Source: Mobula hypostoma (Eukaryota). From it: 64,000 nt of DNA. Under the pieces are notes generated by a model, which was not told the origin of the DNA, ran no database searches, and worked only from the letters and a program-made list of their open reading frames with translations. Positions 12,161 to 25,330 of this stretch are shown piece by piece. The DNA is taken from the NCBI RefSeq assembly GCF_963921235.1, contig NC_086107.1:108564001-108628000 (forward strand), given 5' to 3'. The translations under genes were made by a program, and so were the position numbers. Every line of letters starts with the position of its first letter. Position 1 is the first letter of the stretch.

Positions 12161-12574
12161 TCCTGCCTTGACACTTTTTTACAGGAATTTACAGGAAAAA
12201 AATAAATACAATAAAATGTTATGAAAAGCTAAATACTAACAAACAGCCAATTTGCAAAAGAAGACCTAGATGCCCTTGCTTGAGACTCTCACAATCATGG
12301 ATACATCCTAACGTTTACCCTGTCACTGCTCCTTAGGATCATCACTCATTCTTCTGGACAAAGAATACAGACGAGACCTGCCTAGCCTGTCTTGATTGGA
12401 CAATCCTCTCACCCCAGGACTAGATATTAGAAATAGAAAGGAAAAAAGAAGTGCTGGAAACACTCAACATGTCAAGCAGCATCAGTGGAGGTAGAAACAT
12501 ACTGTGGCTAACGTTTCAGGTCAGAAACCCTTTGTCAGAACTGGAAAAGAGTTTCTCTTTCCAAAGATGTTGCC

Positions 12575-12866
12575 TGACCTACGGGAGTCTCTGGCATTCC
12601 CATTCAGAACAGAGATGCGAAGAATTTTTTTAGCCAGAGGGTGGTGGATCTATGGAATTTGTTGCCACGGGCAGCAGTGGAGGCCAAGTCATTGGGTGTA
12701 TTTAAGGCAGAGATTGATAGGTATCTGAGTAGCCAGGGCATCAAAGGTTATAGTGAGAAGGCGGGGGAGTGGGCTGAAATGGGAGAATGGATCAGTTCAT
12801 GATAAAATGGCAGAGTAGACTTGATGGGCCGAATGGCCGACTTCTGCTCCTTTGTCTTATGGTCTA
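12575..12866 (+). mobile_element. CR1-like 3' fragment
   Basis: PFRTEMRR...RVV.LWN motif; tail cttatggtct. Confidence 0.75.
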
Positions 12867-13074
12867 CTTACAGCTTAAACGTCAGGTTACCAAAGTGGCA
12901 GATGCTTTGATTTGCACCAGTTATTACAAGTTTGAGTTCAATTCCCATATGACAATTAGGGAGATTAAATTTATGTTATTAAATACAAAGGTGCTATCCG
13001 TAATCAATAAGTTTGTGAAACTATAATAAAGTTCATTATTTCCCTTCAGAAAGATAAATGCCCCATGCCACTTA

Positions 13075-14065
13075 ATTTGGCCTGGGTGTCAACATCTCTG
13101 AGGATCTTTCCTGGACTCAAATTATTGATGCAATTACAAAGGAGGCACGGCAGCAGCTACATTTCCTTACGGGTTTGAGGAGATTATTTGGTTTGTCATC
13201 AAAGACACTTGCAAGTTTCTACAGATGTGCCATGGAGAGCATTCTAACTAGCTGCATCACCGTCTGGTTTGATACAGAAGATCGAAATAAGCTGCAGAAA
13301 GTTGTAAACTCAGTCAGCTCCAAGATGGACATTAGCCTCCCCGGCATCAAAAAGGTCGCATTCATCATTTCCCATCATCCATGACATGCCCTGTGCTCAT
13401 TGCTACCATCAGGAGGGAGGTACAGGAGCCTGAAGGCACACACTCAGCGATTCAGGAACATCTTCTTCCCCTCTGCCATCAGATTTCCAAATGGATATTT
13501 AACCCATGAACACTACCTCACTCTTATTTGCTCTTTTTTTGCACTACTTACTTAATTTAACTTCGTTAATATACTTGTTATGCTTTGTAACTTCAAAATA
13601 TTCATCTAATTTAAAGGAAGGCACAGGAGTCCAAGCATGTGGTTCTAACTTCAGTTTACTTTAAGCGAGGCGCACACGTATCATGTGGTAGCGTGATGAG
13701 AAATGCAATTATTTCTACATACAGTATATACAATAATTATTTAAATAGACAAGATAATTAATTAACCAATATATATACAAGATTACTCAAGTATTGAAAT
13801 ATCAAATACACAATATATCTACTTCTTACTGTAATTCACAGTTTTTAATTATTATGTGTTTATTATTACTATTAGGAATTTAAGATGGAGGGTTATATGG
13901 GATGCAGGGGTTGAGGGTCGGCACAACATTGTGGGCCGAAGGGCCTGTACTGTGCTGTACTATTCTATGTTCTATGTTCCATGTATTGCAATATACTGCT
14001 ACCGCATAACAACAAATTTCATGACATATGTCAAAGCTATTAAACTTGATTGTGATTCTGATGTG
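13075..14065 (+). mobile_element. Rex1-like LINE 3' fragment with nested inserts
   Basis: LRRLFG...FYRCAMESILTSCITVW motif and SGRRYRSLKAHT; (ATTCTG)-like tail. Confidence 0.75.
13576..13811 (-). mobile_element. Probable solo LTR
   Basis: Block bounded by TG...CA interrupting the Rex1 tail; no clean TSD seen. Confidence 0.35.
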
Positions 14066-15929
14066 TGACTCCATTTCCACAATGATATCTGCCATCCCAT
14101 AGTTGTCTAGCCAGCCCCTCAGTGCAGGAACAGTTAGCAATGATCACACTATGATGTGGTGTCTAATGCTCTTGCTCTTTGCAGGGACAAAACACCAATG
14201 CCTCTGAACAGAAAATCCTACAAAAGTTAGTGGTACATCCCAACCATTGAGAACGTCTACATGAATTGCTGTCATTGGAAAGCAGCGTCCATCATCAGGG
14301 TCCCCATCACCCAGATCATGCTCTCTTCTCACTGCTGCCATCAGATAGAAGGTACAGGAGCCTCAGGACTCGCACCACCAGGTTCAGGAACAGTTACAGC
14401 CCCTCAACCATCAGGTTCTTGAACAAAATGGGATAACTTCACTTGCACCATCATTGAAACGTTCCCACAACCTATGGACTCACTTTCAAGGACCCTTTAT
14501 CTCAAGTTCTTGTTATTTATCGCTATTTATTTATATTGGCGTTTGGACAGTTTGTTGGCTTCTGCACTCTGGTTGATCTTTTATTGATCCTGTTATAGTT
14601 ACTATTCGAAAGATTTGTTGAGTATACTCACAAGGAAACGAATCTCAGGGTTGTATGTGGTGACATATATGTACTTTGAAAATAAAAATTACTTTTGACC
14701 TGTTCTATTGTCTCGCAGGGCGTCATAAAAACATGATTATTAAGGGCAAAGTGACATTCTGAGTGAGCACTGGACACTACTGCATACATAGGAGTTGCTG
14801 GGATAGGTTGAACATGCAAAGACACCAAACTACAGCAAGATCTCCCAACTACAGTGGGACTTTTCCTCAGCTGATGCAGTAGGTAGATGATAGTGATCCC
14901 CCAATGAATAGTGTGTGAGTATCACAGTCACTTATAGCGCTGATGTCATTGAAGGGGACATCAGCCTAAGGAGTGCGAAACGAGCTGCCAGTGGAAGTGA
15001 TGGATTTGGGTTTGATTGCAACATTTAAGAGAAATTTGGATAAGTACATGGGTGGGGGAGGGTTATGGAGAGCTGTGGTTCAAGTGCCCTTGGGTCAATG
15101 GGACTAGGCAGAATAACATTTCAGCATGGACTAGATGGGCTGAAGGGCTTGTTTCTGTGCTGTATGGCTTAATGGGAATCTGGGAGGGAGGAGAAGGCTG
15201 TGGTGATGGGGTAAATGAAGAGGGGTGGCAATAGACTTGAGTGGAGCATAAATACTAGCTGCACTTTACATGTCATCATAATTGCTAACAGTACCGACTG
15301 AGTAAGAGGGAGAGGGTTTTGATTCATGGTGTGCTATTATAGAATTCCACTGACCTTAACACACTATTAGTGATATTACTTAGACTCTGTTCAATCAACT
15401 GCCTTCAAAATATAACCTGCACCTCAAGGTACTGTACCACAACAGCAATTATAGAAGACAAACACATTGGTTTGAGGCTCAGTTGTTTAGATCAACTTTC
15501 AAATTAACAAGCATCACACAGACCTCCAGAATATAAATCCTGTTACAAAGCCACTGAGGGACCTCCAGGGCAACTCTCATAAATACCCCATCACACGCCA
15601 AGCCCTTGGCTCTGCCTTTACTCTCTCTGCATACAGCGATAACAATTAGCTTTATCGGTCTCACGGACATCGAAACACAAAGGGAAATGCATCATATGGC
15701 ATCGCTGGCAAACGCAGTCCGAGGACTGCCTTGGGGGAAGCCATGCTTCCGGCGTCATCATAGCGCGCCCGCGCCTCACGAACCCTAACCGTAACAACAC
15801 CTCTTTGGAATGTGGGTGGAGTTTTGTAGTACTGTAGACACACACACACCCTTTTAGCAATACCTTCTCCCCCTCTGACATTAGACTTCTGAATGGACAA
15901 AGAACCCACAAGCACAATGTATTTATTGA

Positions 15930-16455
15930 ACAAATTAGACCACTACCAGTAGTACTACAGTACTATAATACTGTGTATTAGTTACCTAATAGTTATCATC
16001 TGAGGAATTGATCCAGTGCACATAACGAACAACATCAGCACAGACAGCTAGTGCTGATAATGGACGGCCTTCATACAATGCTATCGACGATTGCATCCTC
16101 CAAATCTTCATTTTCATTGTAACATTAAAGATGATTGCTGACACCTCCAAACACTTCATATTTTCTAACTTGCTGAAGTAGTGAAATGGTTTAATTTTCA
16201 CTCCTGGCCATTTCTTGCATCACCAAGCCTGAATGCTTGAAACTGCAGTGAGCAAAACGGTTCTGAATTGTCTTCCTGCTTATTCCTTCCCAACTATCAG
16301 TGACAAAAATCAGAAATTTTTGAACACAAGCCCACGTAACTGGCAGACTTTACGCATGCCGTGGCGTGTAACAGCCACACAAGTGCATGCGACTGACGTT
16401 AGTTAGAACCTGTTTGGCCAGTGCCCTGCCCCTTTCAAATGGCATAGTATTGCAA
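15930..16455 (-). mobile_element. pogo/Tigger-like DNA transposon remnant
   Basis: Minus strand reads ...CYNENEDLEDAIVDSIV, an acidic Tigger-type transposase C-terminus. Confidence 0.5.
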
Positions 16456-17032
16456 ATTGGGTGGAGGAGTGGATAGAAATCTCTGGCAAAGGTGTTCCTT
16501 CCCTCCGCTAGCCTGCAGGTCACGCTTGGGCAAGATGTAGTCCCTGCTTAGCCTCCCAATCAGGGTCACGTGAAACCGTGGTAGATGGTCGTATGGGCAG
16601 CCGGTGCAGATCACAAGTCCTGGTTATGCAACCACTGATGCCAGGCAGACAATCTCTGAAGAGCACTGATAATGGCTGGGGTCACCTGTCTTGTAAAGAC
16701 ACTGCCCAGATGAAGGCAATGGCAAACCACTTCCGTAGAAAAGTTTGTGATACAACGTGGAATAGGCCCTTCCAGCACTGTGAGCCCTTTGTGCCATACC
16801 ATCCAGCAATCCCCTGACTTAACTCTAGTCTAATCATGGGACAACTTACAATGACCAATTAACCTACTAACCGTGGACTGTGGAAGGAAACCGGATCACC
16901 CAGAGGAAATCCACGCAGTCACAGGGAGAACATACAATCGCCCTGCAGACAGCAACAGGAATTGAACCCAAGTGACCTGCACTGTAAGGTTATATATATA
17001 CACACACACAGTATATTTCTTATTGTATAACC

Positions 17033-17645
17033 GGCAGGAGGAGAGAGAGCAGCGCACTACACGTGCGCAACCCTCCAGTGAAAAATGATATCGTATCCAT
17101 TAATTAGGGGCCGTGGACAATTCTGATTTGATGGAGAGGGACGTGAAAGTACAGAGGAACATCTGGAGAAATTTCTGAAATGCTTGTTCACTGCTGTCGT
17201 TACTGCGTGGTCGGGAATCTTTCGGAGGGTAGGCCTCAAAATCCCCGGCTTTGCCTGCTGTTGGCGGCCGAGATTGTGGCGGAATCATTCGGACAGAGAT
17301 GGCTGTCAGTACTGGGTGTCGGAGAGCTGATAAGAGCTCGAAGTTTTCGGATGACTCAGTGTCGGACTGTGGCAGGGTGAGTTCTTCCTTCTCCCGTCTG
17401 CATGAGATGTGGGACATTTGAGAGACTTTGAACTTTTACTGTGCTCATGGACTTCTTCATCAAGTTACGGTATTGTTGCACTGTTGTAACTATATGTTAT
17501 AATTATGTGGTTTTGTCAGTTTTTCCATTTTGGTTTGTCTTGTGTTTCTGTGATATCACACCGGAGGAACATTGTATCATTTCTTAATGCATGCTTTACT
17601 AAATGACAATAAAAGAGGACTGCGTGTCTTCATAATCTAAAAAAA
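17033..17645 (+). mobile_element. Second copy of the (TAATC)-tailed non-autonomous element
   Basis: Aligns with 11101-11777 with an internal deletion. Confidence 0.75.
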
Positions 17646-18549
17646 AGTATATATTTCTTATTGTAATGTTTAGTAACTTTTATGCATTACGTTGTACTGC
17701 TGTTGCAAAACAACTAAGTTCACAACATGTCAGTGATTAAAAAATATGATTCTGATTCTAATTCTGGTACTTTACCACCACATTTTACTTTTCGCATGTA
17801 CCTCTGGCATTGCTGTCAACACGCCAGAATCACCTCGGACTAGGATCTGAGTCTGGAGGAGTGGGAAACTATTATTTACCCATTCAGGATGAGAACTGTA
17901 GAAGGGCTAAAAAGTCTCAGTGCATTGTAAGGAGGCAGCGAATTCTGCTGCAGGCCTCTGGGTGATGCTCTACCTATGACTAGATTAACTCACCACCCAC
18001 ACTCTCTCTCTCTCTGTGCCCTAAAGTCGCTTGTTAAGAGCGAAGAACAAAGAAACTGCTTGCCTTACAGCAGCCCAGTAGCTGATCCTCAGTACTGAAA
18101 TTGTCAAAGAATCACAGGTTCCTGTACCTGAGGGCATGGGGGTAAGGGAGAAATTGTAGTCCCTACAAAATCAGGTAAAGATAAAGAGTCAGGGCCAGTA
18201 ATGGTCAAAGTGCAGGATGGTACGGGAACACCAATGCCCAGGAACAGACAGGACGCAGGAAGTGGTGGACACAACCCAATCCATCACAGGCAACGCCTTC
18301 CTGCTTCCTTTGAGTACATTTGTATGGAGTCCTGCCACAGCATCCTTCATCGAAGACCCCATCATCCAGGCCATGCTCTCTCCTCACTACTACTATGGAG
18401 TGGGAAGTACAGAAACCTCAAGTCCCACACCATCAGGACCAGGAACAGTTATCACCATACACCCATCAGCGTGGATAGCACTCACCTCAACTCTGAACTG
18501 ATTCTATGATCTACAGACTCTTTACAACTCATGCTCTCAGTTTTTTTTT

Positions 18550-19100
18550 TACAGTCCTGTTGAAGGGCCCTAAATGTCGACTCTTACTCCTCTCCATAGA
18601 TGCTGCTCGACATGCTGATTTCCTCCAGCTGGTCTGATCCTTTTACCTCTTCTACCTATCACTTCCCCCTGGGTCCCCTCCTCCTTCCCTTTCTTCCATG
18701 GTCCAGCCTCCTCTCCTGTCAGATTCCTTCTTCTCTCGACCTTCACCATTCCTATCCACCTTCAACTATCACATTCCGACTACCCTCCTTCCCTCCCCAC
18801 TATCTTTTTATTCTGGCATCTTCTCCCTTCCTTCCCAGTCCTGACGAAGGGTCTCGGCCCAAAACGCCAACTGTTTATTCATTTCCACAGGTGCTGCCTG
18901 ACCTGCCAAGTGCCCCCAGCATTTTATGTGTGCTGTTCTGGATTTCCAACCATCTGCAGAATTTCTTGTGTCTACGAAGAACAGACTCTTTACAACTCAC
19001 GTTCTCAGATTTTGTTTCAGTCCTGATGAAGGGCCCGAAATCTTGGCTGCTATTCATTTCCACAGATGCTGTTCTGGATTTCCAGCATCTGCAGAAGCTC
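18550..19100 (+). mobile_element. Three tandem PLE hammerhead/tail units inside a Rex1-like fragment
   Basis: cagtcctg.tgaaggg motifs near 18552, 18836 and 19018, each followed by the PLE tail. Confidence 0.65.
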
Positions 19101-19215
19101 TTATCTTTATTTTTCTTTATTTGCTAGTTTGTCTTCTTTGGCACATTGATTGTTTGTCGGTCTTTGTCTAGGTATAGTTTTTTTGTAAATACCATTGTAT
19201 TCCTTTATTCTTCAT

Positions 19216-19990
19216 GTCAAGTCAAGTCAAGTCACTTTTTATTGTCATTTCGACCATAACTGCTGGTACAGTACACAGTAAAAATGAGACAACGTTTTTC
19301 AGGACCATGGTGCTACATGAAACAATACAAAAACTACACTAGACTACAGACCTACCCAGGACTGCATAAAGTGCACAAAACAGTGCAGGCATTACAATAA
19401 ATAATAAACAAGACAATAGGCACAGTAGAGGGCAGTAGGTTGGTGTCAGTCCAGGCTCTGGGTATTGAGGAGTCTGATGGCGTGGGTGAAGAAACTGTTA
19501 CACAGTCTGGTCGAGAGAGCCCAAATGCTTCGGTGCCTTTTGCCAGATGGCAGGAGGGAGAAGAGTTTGTATGAGGGGTGCGTAGGTTCCTTCATAATGC
19601 TGTTGGCTTTACAGATGCAGCGTGTGGTGTAAATGTCTGTAATGGTGGGAACAGAGACCCCGATGATCTTCTCAGCTGACCTCACTATCCGCTGCAGTGT
19701 CTTGCGATCTGAGATGGTGCAATTTCCAAACCAGGCAGTGATGCAGCTGCTCAGGATGCTCTCAATACAACCTCTGTAGAACGTGGTGAGGATGGGGGGG
19801 TGGGAGATGGACTTTTCTCAGCCTTCGCAGAAAGTAGAGATGCTGCTGGGCTTTCTTTGCTATGGAGCTGGTGTTGAAGGACCAGGTGAGATTCTCCACC
19901 AGGTGAACACCAAGAAATTTGGTGCTCTTAACGATCTCTACAGAGGAGTCATCGATGTTCAGCAAAGAGTGGTCTCTCCATGTCCTCCTG
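19216..19990 (-). mobile_element. Rex1-like LINE 3' fragment
   Basis: KFLGVHL...AKKAQQHLYFLRRLRK and FSLLPSGKRHRSI motifs; (CTTGA)n tail. Confidence 0.8.
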
Positions 19991-20640
19991 AAGTTAATTG
20001 TCTGCAAGACAATGACTCTGAAGACAATATATAGTAACATATATGTGCTTTTATAATGAATTTACATTGAACTTTAAACTTTGACAATGTAAAATGGTGA
20101 GCTTAGTCATAAAGTCCAAGACAGGGTGTTCAGCTCTTCTTGTTCGTATCATTTATTACACAGCCACCTACACTAATTCACACTTCCATCAAATTCCATC
20201 TCCCTCCACCTCAATTTACCCGCCGCTCACAATTTTCAACAGCTAATTAACCTACCAACCAGTACATTGTGTCCTATAAGAGGAAACTGGAACACGTTGT
20301 CACCAGGAGTACGTGCAAACTCCACGGAGACGACGCTTGAAGTCAGGATCGAACTTGGGCTGTGAGGCAGCAGTACCATTCAACCAGTCTAGCTACATCG
20401 GAAGCCTGGACATCGACAAGAAATCCTTTTGGTAATAGGATGGAAAGATTTGATCAAGCAAAGAGCATTATTGAAGTAGGGAGCGAGGACAAAGACGTTC
20501 AGAGTGAGGACACAGGAAGGAGATCTAGTGCCAGTCACTAATGTGATGTTGGCAAACTTACAAGGAATGAAAATTTCCCATTTAATGAATGAATTACAAA
20601 GTCATGTCAACCTAACCCCACCTGAGAAGGTGAAAATTTA

Positions 20641-21196
20641 CTCTCAGTGGCCACTTGTTAGATACACCTTACACCTGCTCGTTAATGCAAATATCTAATC
20701 AGCCAATCATGTGGCAGCAACTCCTTGCATAAAAGCCTGCAGACATGGTCAAGAGGTTCAGACCAAACACCAAAATGGGGAAGAAATGTGATCTAAGTGA
20801 CTTTGGCCATGGAATGATTGTTGGTGCCAGATGGGGTGGTTTGAGTATCTCAGAAACTGCAGATCTCCTGGGATTTTCACACACAACAGTCTCTAGAGTT
20901 TACAGAGAATGGTGTGGAAAACATAAGACATCCAGTGAGCAGCAGTTCTGTGAGCAAAAATGCTTTGTTAATGAGAGAGGTCAGAGGAGAATGGCCAGAC
21001 TGGTTCAAGCCGAAAGGAAGGTGATAGTAACTCAAACTACCACAAGTTACAACAGTGGTATGCAGGAGAGCATCTTTGAACATACAACACATCGAAGCTT
21101 GAAGTGGATGGGCTACAGCAGCAGAAGACCATGAACGTACACTCAGTGGCCACTTTATTTTGTACAGGAGGTACCAAATAAAGTGGCCACTGAGTG
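20641..21196 (+). mobile_element. Internally deleted Tc1 transposon carrying the transposase N-terminus (ORF 20745-21134)
   Basis: TA-flanked TIRs c(t/a)ctcagtggccact...agtggccactgagtg; MGKKCDLSDF.HGMIVGAR..GLSISETADLLGFSHTTVSRVYREW HTH region; no DDE domain. Confidence 0.85.
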
Positions 21197-22827
21197 TACT
21201 TTTGGAGTCTAAAATGAGGGGAGAGGCAGTTAATGATCTAGTAGTCTTGAAAGTCTGTACAGACAATGCAATTTCTCTGAATTGCAAGCTGCATAAGTGG
21301 GAGGTGTGAGGACCAATGGATGAGGACGTCAAGTCTGGACTGCACCTAATACATGAATGGGTATGCAGAGAGCTTTACCTTTGGAACGAGGAAGGTATTT
21401 CAGCGGGGACAGTATGTCCGAGTGAACACAAAGAACAAAGCAAAGCCAAAATCAATGTCATTAAGACAAAGTCATCCTGGTGCTGAATGCAGGATGTTTC
21501 TCTTGCCTTTGAATCTAGATCTTAGATTTTTAAAAAGGGACAGACATTTATAACTGAGCTGAAGAGAAATTTCTTTATGTAGACAGTGACAAGTTTTTGG
21601 GATTCTTCATCCTAGAGCATGTTGGAAACTCAGTCAAGAAGTTCAATGTAGAGACTGATAGACTGACCAACTTCTGTTAATCTCTCCCAGTGCAGAGATA
21701 TTGAGGGAAAAAAGTAGATAAGAAATGGTATAAATATAATAATAACTTTGGATCAGGAAGGATTAGTTCCCCTGTTGAAGTCAGCTTGTAATAAAGAGTA
21801 AGTTGGTTCTGAAGTTTAACTCCGGACTCTTGCGTGAATTCTTTCCATCTACAATGAAGGCAATGCAGGAAAAGGCATTGGGATTGAAGATCAGCCATGA
21901 TCTTCTTGAGGAGCAAATGTTCCTAATTGCTCAATTGTTCAACTTAATATCAGAGAATGCATACAGTATACAACCCGAAATTCTTACTCTTCACAGACAT
22001 CTGTGAAACAGAAGAAAAACCTCAAAGAATGAATGACAGAAAGCATTCGAAGCCCAAAGACTCCTCCCCCTCCCACGCACAAGCAGCTCTCCCCTCCTCC
22101 TAATCCCACTTGCTCCAGCAAAAGCATCAAGCTGCCCACCACCCACCATGCAAGCAATAGCAAGCCCTAAGAGACCATGATCTAGAGACCATCAAAAACT
22201 ACTGTCCATCCCAACACTTCAACACTTCAGACAGCCTCTCTCTCTCACTCGCGATGGAGAGAGGGAGATTTCGCTCCTGCCCCAACTAGAGGGGGAACAA
22301 ACAGCTCGCTGTTTCGATGATGCAATCTGCCACGTCACCAAATTCCCCCTTGTGGTTGTGTTCAAGCAGCACCTCAGCAGAAGGCAAGGAATTGGAGGAG
22401 AAAATCAGCGAAAGAGCTTCACACAACGCCGAGGTGGATGAGTAATGCAAGAAGTAGGTTTCATATCAACACATGATACCGGTGCTGATCAAAAACCTTG
22501 GCAAGTTTAGAAGTAAAGATTAATAATCAAGGTATCAATGTGAATATATTTCCAGCTGCAGAGTGGTTCACAGTAGGATGGGAAAGAGGTGTTGAATTGG
22601 GGTGTAGAATTGTTAATTTCTTGTAGTTTAACTTTTTTATACTTGTTTATATTTTCATATAATAAGCTATAGATTATTGTTCAGTGAGTTTTCCAGTGGT
22701 TACAGTTGCTTCTGTACTTTTATGGAAACTTCTTGGTTTCAGTGACAAGTGTCACATTACTTGAATCTGGCTATTTTATTAGTTAAATGTAATCAATGGA
22801 AGTTCTGTTATCTCTAGAGAGGGAGAG

Positions 22828-23217
22828 GGGTGGAGATACAGAACGTCTTTACTAAAGGAGGTGTAAGGCGTTCCTTCCCTCCGCTAGCCTGTAGGTCGCC
22901 CTTGGGCGAGGTGTAGCACCTGTTTAGCCCACTTTCCCCCACTGATCAGGGTCACATAAAGCCACAGGAGCAGGTGGCGGATGACCCTATGAGCAAGTTG
23001 ATGCCTATCACAAGTCCTGGTTATGCAACCACTGACGCCAGGCGGACAATCTCTGAAGAGTATCCATAATGGCTGGGGTCACCCATCTTGTAAAGACACT
23101 GCCAAGAAGAAGGCAATGGCAAACCACTACTGTAGAAAAATTTGCCAAGAACAATCATGGTTATGGATAGACAATGATTGTCCATGTCGTACAACACAGC
23201 GCATACTGATGATAATG
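22828..23217 (+). mobile_element. RTE/BovB-like non-autonomous element
   Basis: Near full-length member of the family at 6783; (GAT)-type tail. Confidence 0.65.
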
Positions 23218-24265
23218 TTATCTCTTAGTCTCTCTGGTCTGGTATGAGAAGGCCACATTATTCTTTAGTCTCTCTTGATGTTATTTCTCGTTCCATTTCA
23301 TTGCCTTTGTAACACTTTACGAAATAATTCTGATCTACAAGCCTCATGTCTCTTCTGAAGAATCTTTGACAGCAAAAACATCAAGGTCCAAGAGAAATAA
23401 TCAGAAGATCAGTAAGATTCCATTAGCCAACGAAACAACAGAACTGCAAAGGCATGTTGGTGAGATCTCGGGAAAACAGGACAAACAGAAAATATAGTGC
23501 TCAAAGTCAAAGTTATCATCAAATTTCGTAGATATCACCATATACCACCTTGGGATTTATTTTCTTGCAGGCATTTAACAGAAAATAAAAAAATACAACT
23601 GAATTTATGAAAGGCTATATATATAAAGACTGACAAACAACCAATGTTCAAAAGAAGACAAACTGCCCAAATAAAAAAAATAATAACACAGAGAACACGA
23701 GTTGTAGAGTCCTTGAAATTGAGTCTGTAGGCTGTGGGATCAATTCAGTGTTAAGGTGAGTGAAGTTATCCACGGTGGTTCGGACACTTGATGGTTGAAG
23801 TGTAATGACTGTTTCTGAACCTAATAGTGTGGGGTTCCTATATTGCTCCAAAAGTGTTCAATATAAGGTCCGGAAATAGCACTTCTTCTTCCAAATGAGC
23901 ATATCACAGCCCTCAGTACTCAAAAAAAATCAGTTCATAATCAAAGTATGTATATGCTACCACATACTACCTCAAAATTCATTTTCTTGCAGGTTTTTAC
24001 TGGAAAATAAAGAAATACAATAGGATTTATGGAAACTATACATAAACAAACACAGGCAGACAACCAATGTGCAAACGAAGACTGACTGTGCAAATTAAAT
24101 AAATAATTAATACCAAGACGATGAGTTGTAAAATCCTAGACAGTGAGTGTGTAGGTTGTGGAGTCAGTTCAGTGTTGAGGGGAGTGAAGTTATCCACACG
24201 GGTTCAGGAGCCTAATGGTAACAAAGGTGATAACTGTGGCTGGCTGTAATTGTAACAGACTGTAA

Positions 24266-24670
24266 CTGCAGCACCTACAACCTCGTCGTAGGGTTTGGAG
24301 GCTTGCGTGCCTCAAAGACCAGGAGAGCTACTGTGGCTGGACTCAGGGCTTTATGCTTTGGCTCTTGGTAGGGTCAGCCATGGCAAACAGATCAAAGGGT
24401 AGAGGCCAGACTAAGAGTAGTCCATCAGTCTTCCAGGTTTGGGCATTCAGCTCAGGGCTAACAACCCTGACTGGTCAAACAAAACTGTTACAGAAACAGC
24501 AATGAAAATATCCCACATCTGAGTCTCCGTCTGTGATTTGCACCACTCATAGCAGTGAAAACTGAGAGGAAGCTACTGACGTGATGCAGACCTGAACACT
24601 GCCAGAGATGGAAGATCTTCACTGCTCCCCTAAACGTCAACGGCGTGACGGGCAGTAAGTAAGTAAGTAA
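24266..24670 (+). mobile_element. Non-autonomous RTE (Expander-like) with (TAAG)n tail and 20-bp TSD
   Basis: gtaattgtaacagactgtaa at 24246-24265 and 24671-24690. Confidence 0.7.
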
Positions 24671-24939
24671 GTAATTGTAACAGACTGTAATTGTAACAGG
24701 CTGTAATTCTAAAAGGCTGTAATTGTAACTTTATAAAGTGCAAAAGGCCAGGCTATTGATTATGTGACTCTGCTCGGGTTGAAAGTGTTGAGAATGAGTG
24801 ATGGAAACATAATTAGTAGGAATACATTACAACTACATTTAAAGAAGCTTTAAATGTAGTTGTAATGTGCTCACACTAAATATGGAAATGGCCAATCATT
24901 CTTCAACCTAAATAATCCAGACACCATTACCCTGAATTA

Positions 24940-25330
24940 TCCATACAATTAGGATGACATTCTAATTGTGACGGTGATGGAAACCTTCCTGTACTTGAGG
25001 AAGTGTTTAGAAAACTGTATCAGTATAGTGGCAGCTTTAAAAGAAGTCATTGTGATGTCATGCAAAAGGAAGTGATTTATTTAGGTCTGAGAGCGGATAC
25101 GAAGAGCAGAAAAGAGAAAACAGGGGTAATCGCCAGTGCCAGAAAACCTGAGAGCGCTATGGAGTCGTGGTTAGTATGTTCGAGCACCTTGCCAGGTTTC
25201 CACTTGGTCGTCCACCTGACTAACTCCACATTGTCAGCGGTTAAAGGAAGGTGAGACCTGGCAGAGGGTGAAGAACTGTTTGGGCAATTCACCCTGCAGA
25301 AAAAGAGACTCAATGGCAGTTCCCATACTA
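24940..25330 (+). mobile_element. Decayed Gypsy pol fragment (RT C-terminal part)
   Basis: DDILI...LEEVFRKL...KRSHC.VMQKEVIYLG motif with frameshifts. Confidence 0.55.
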
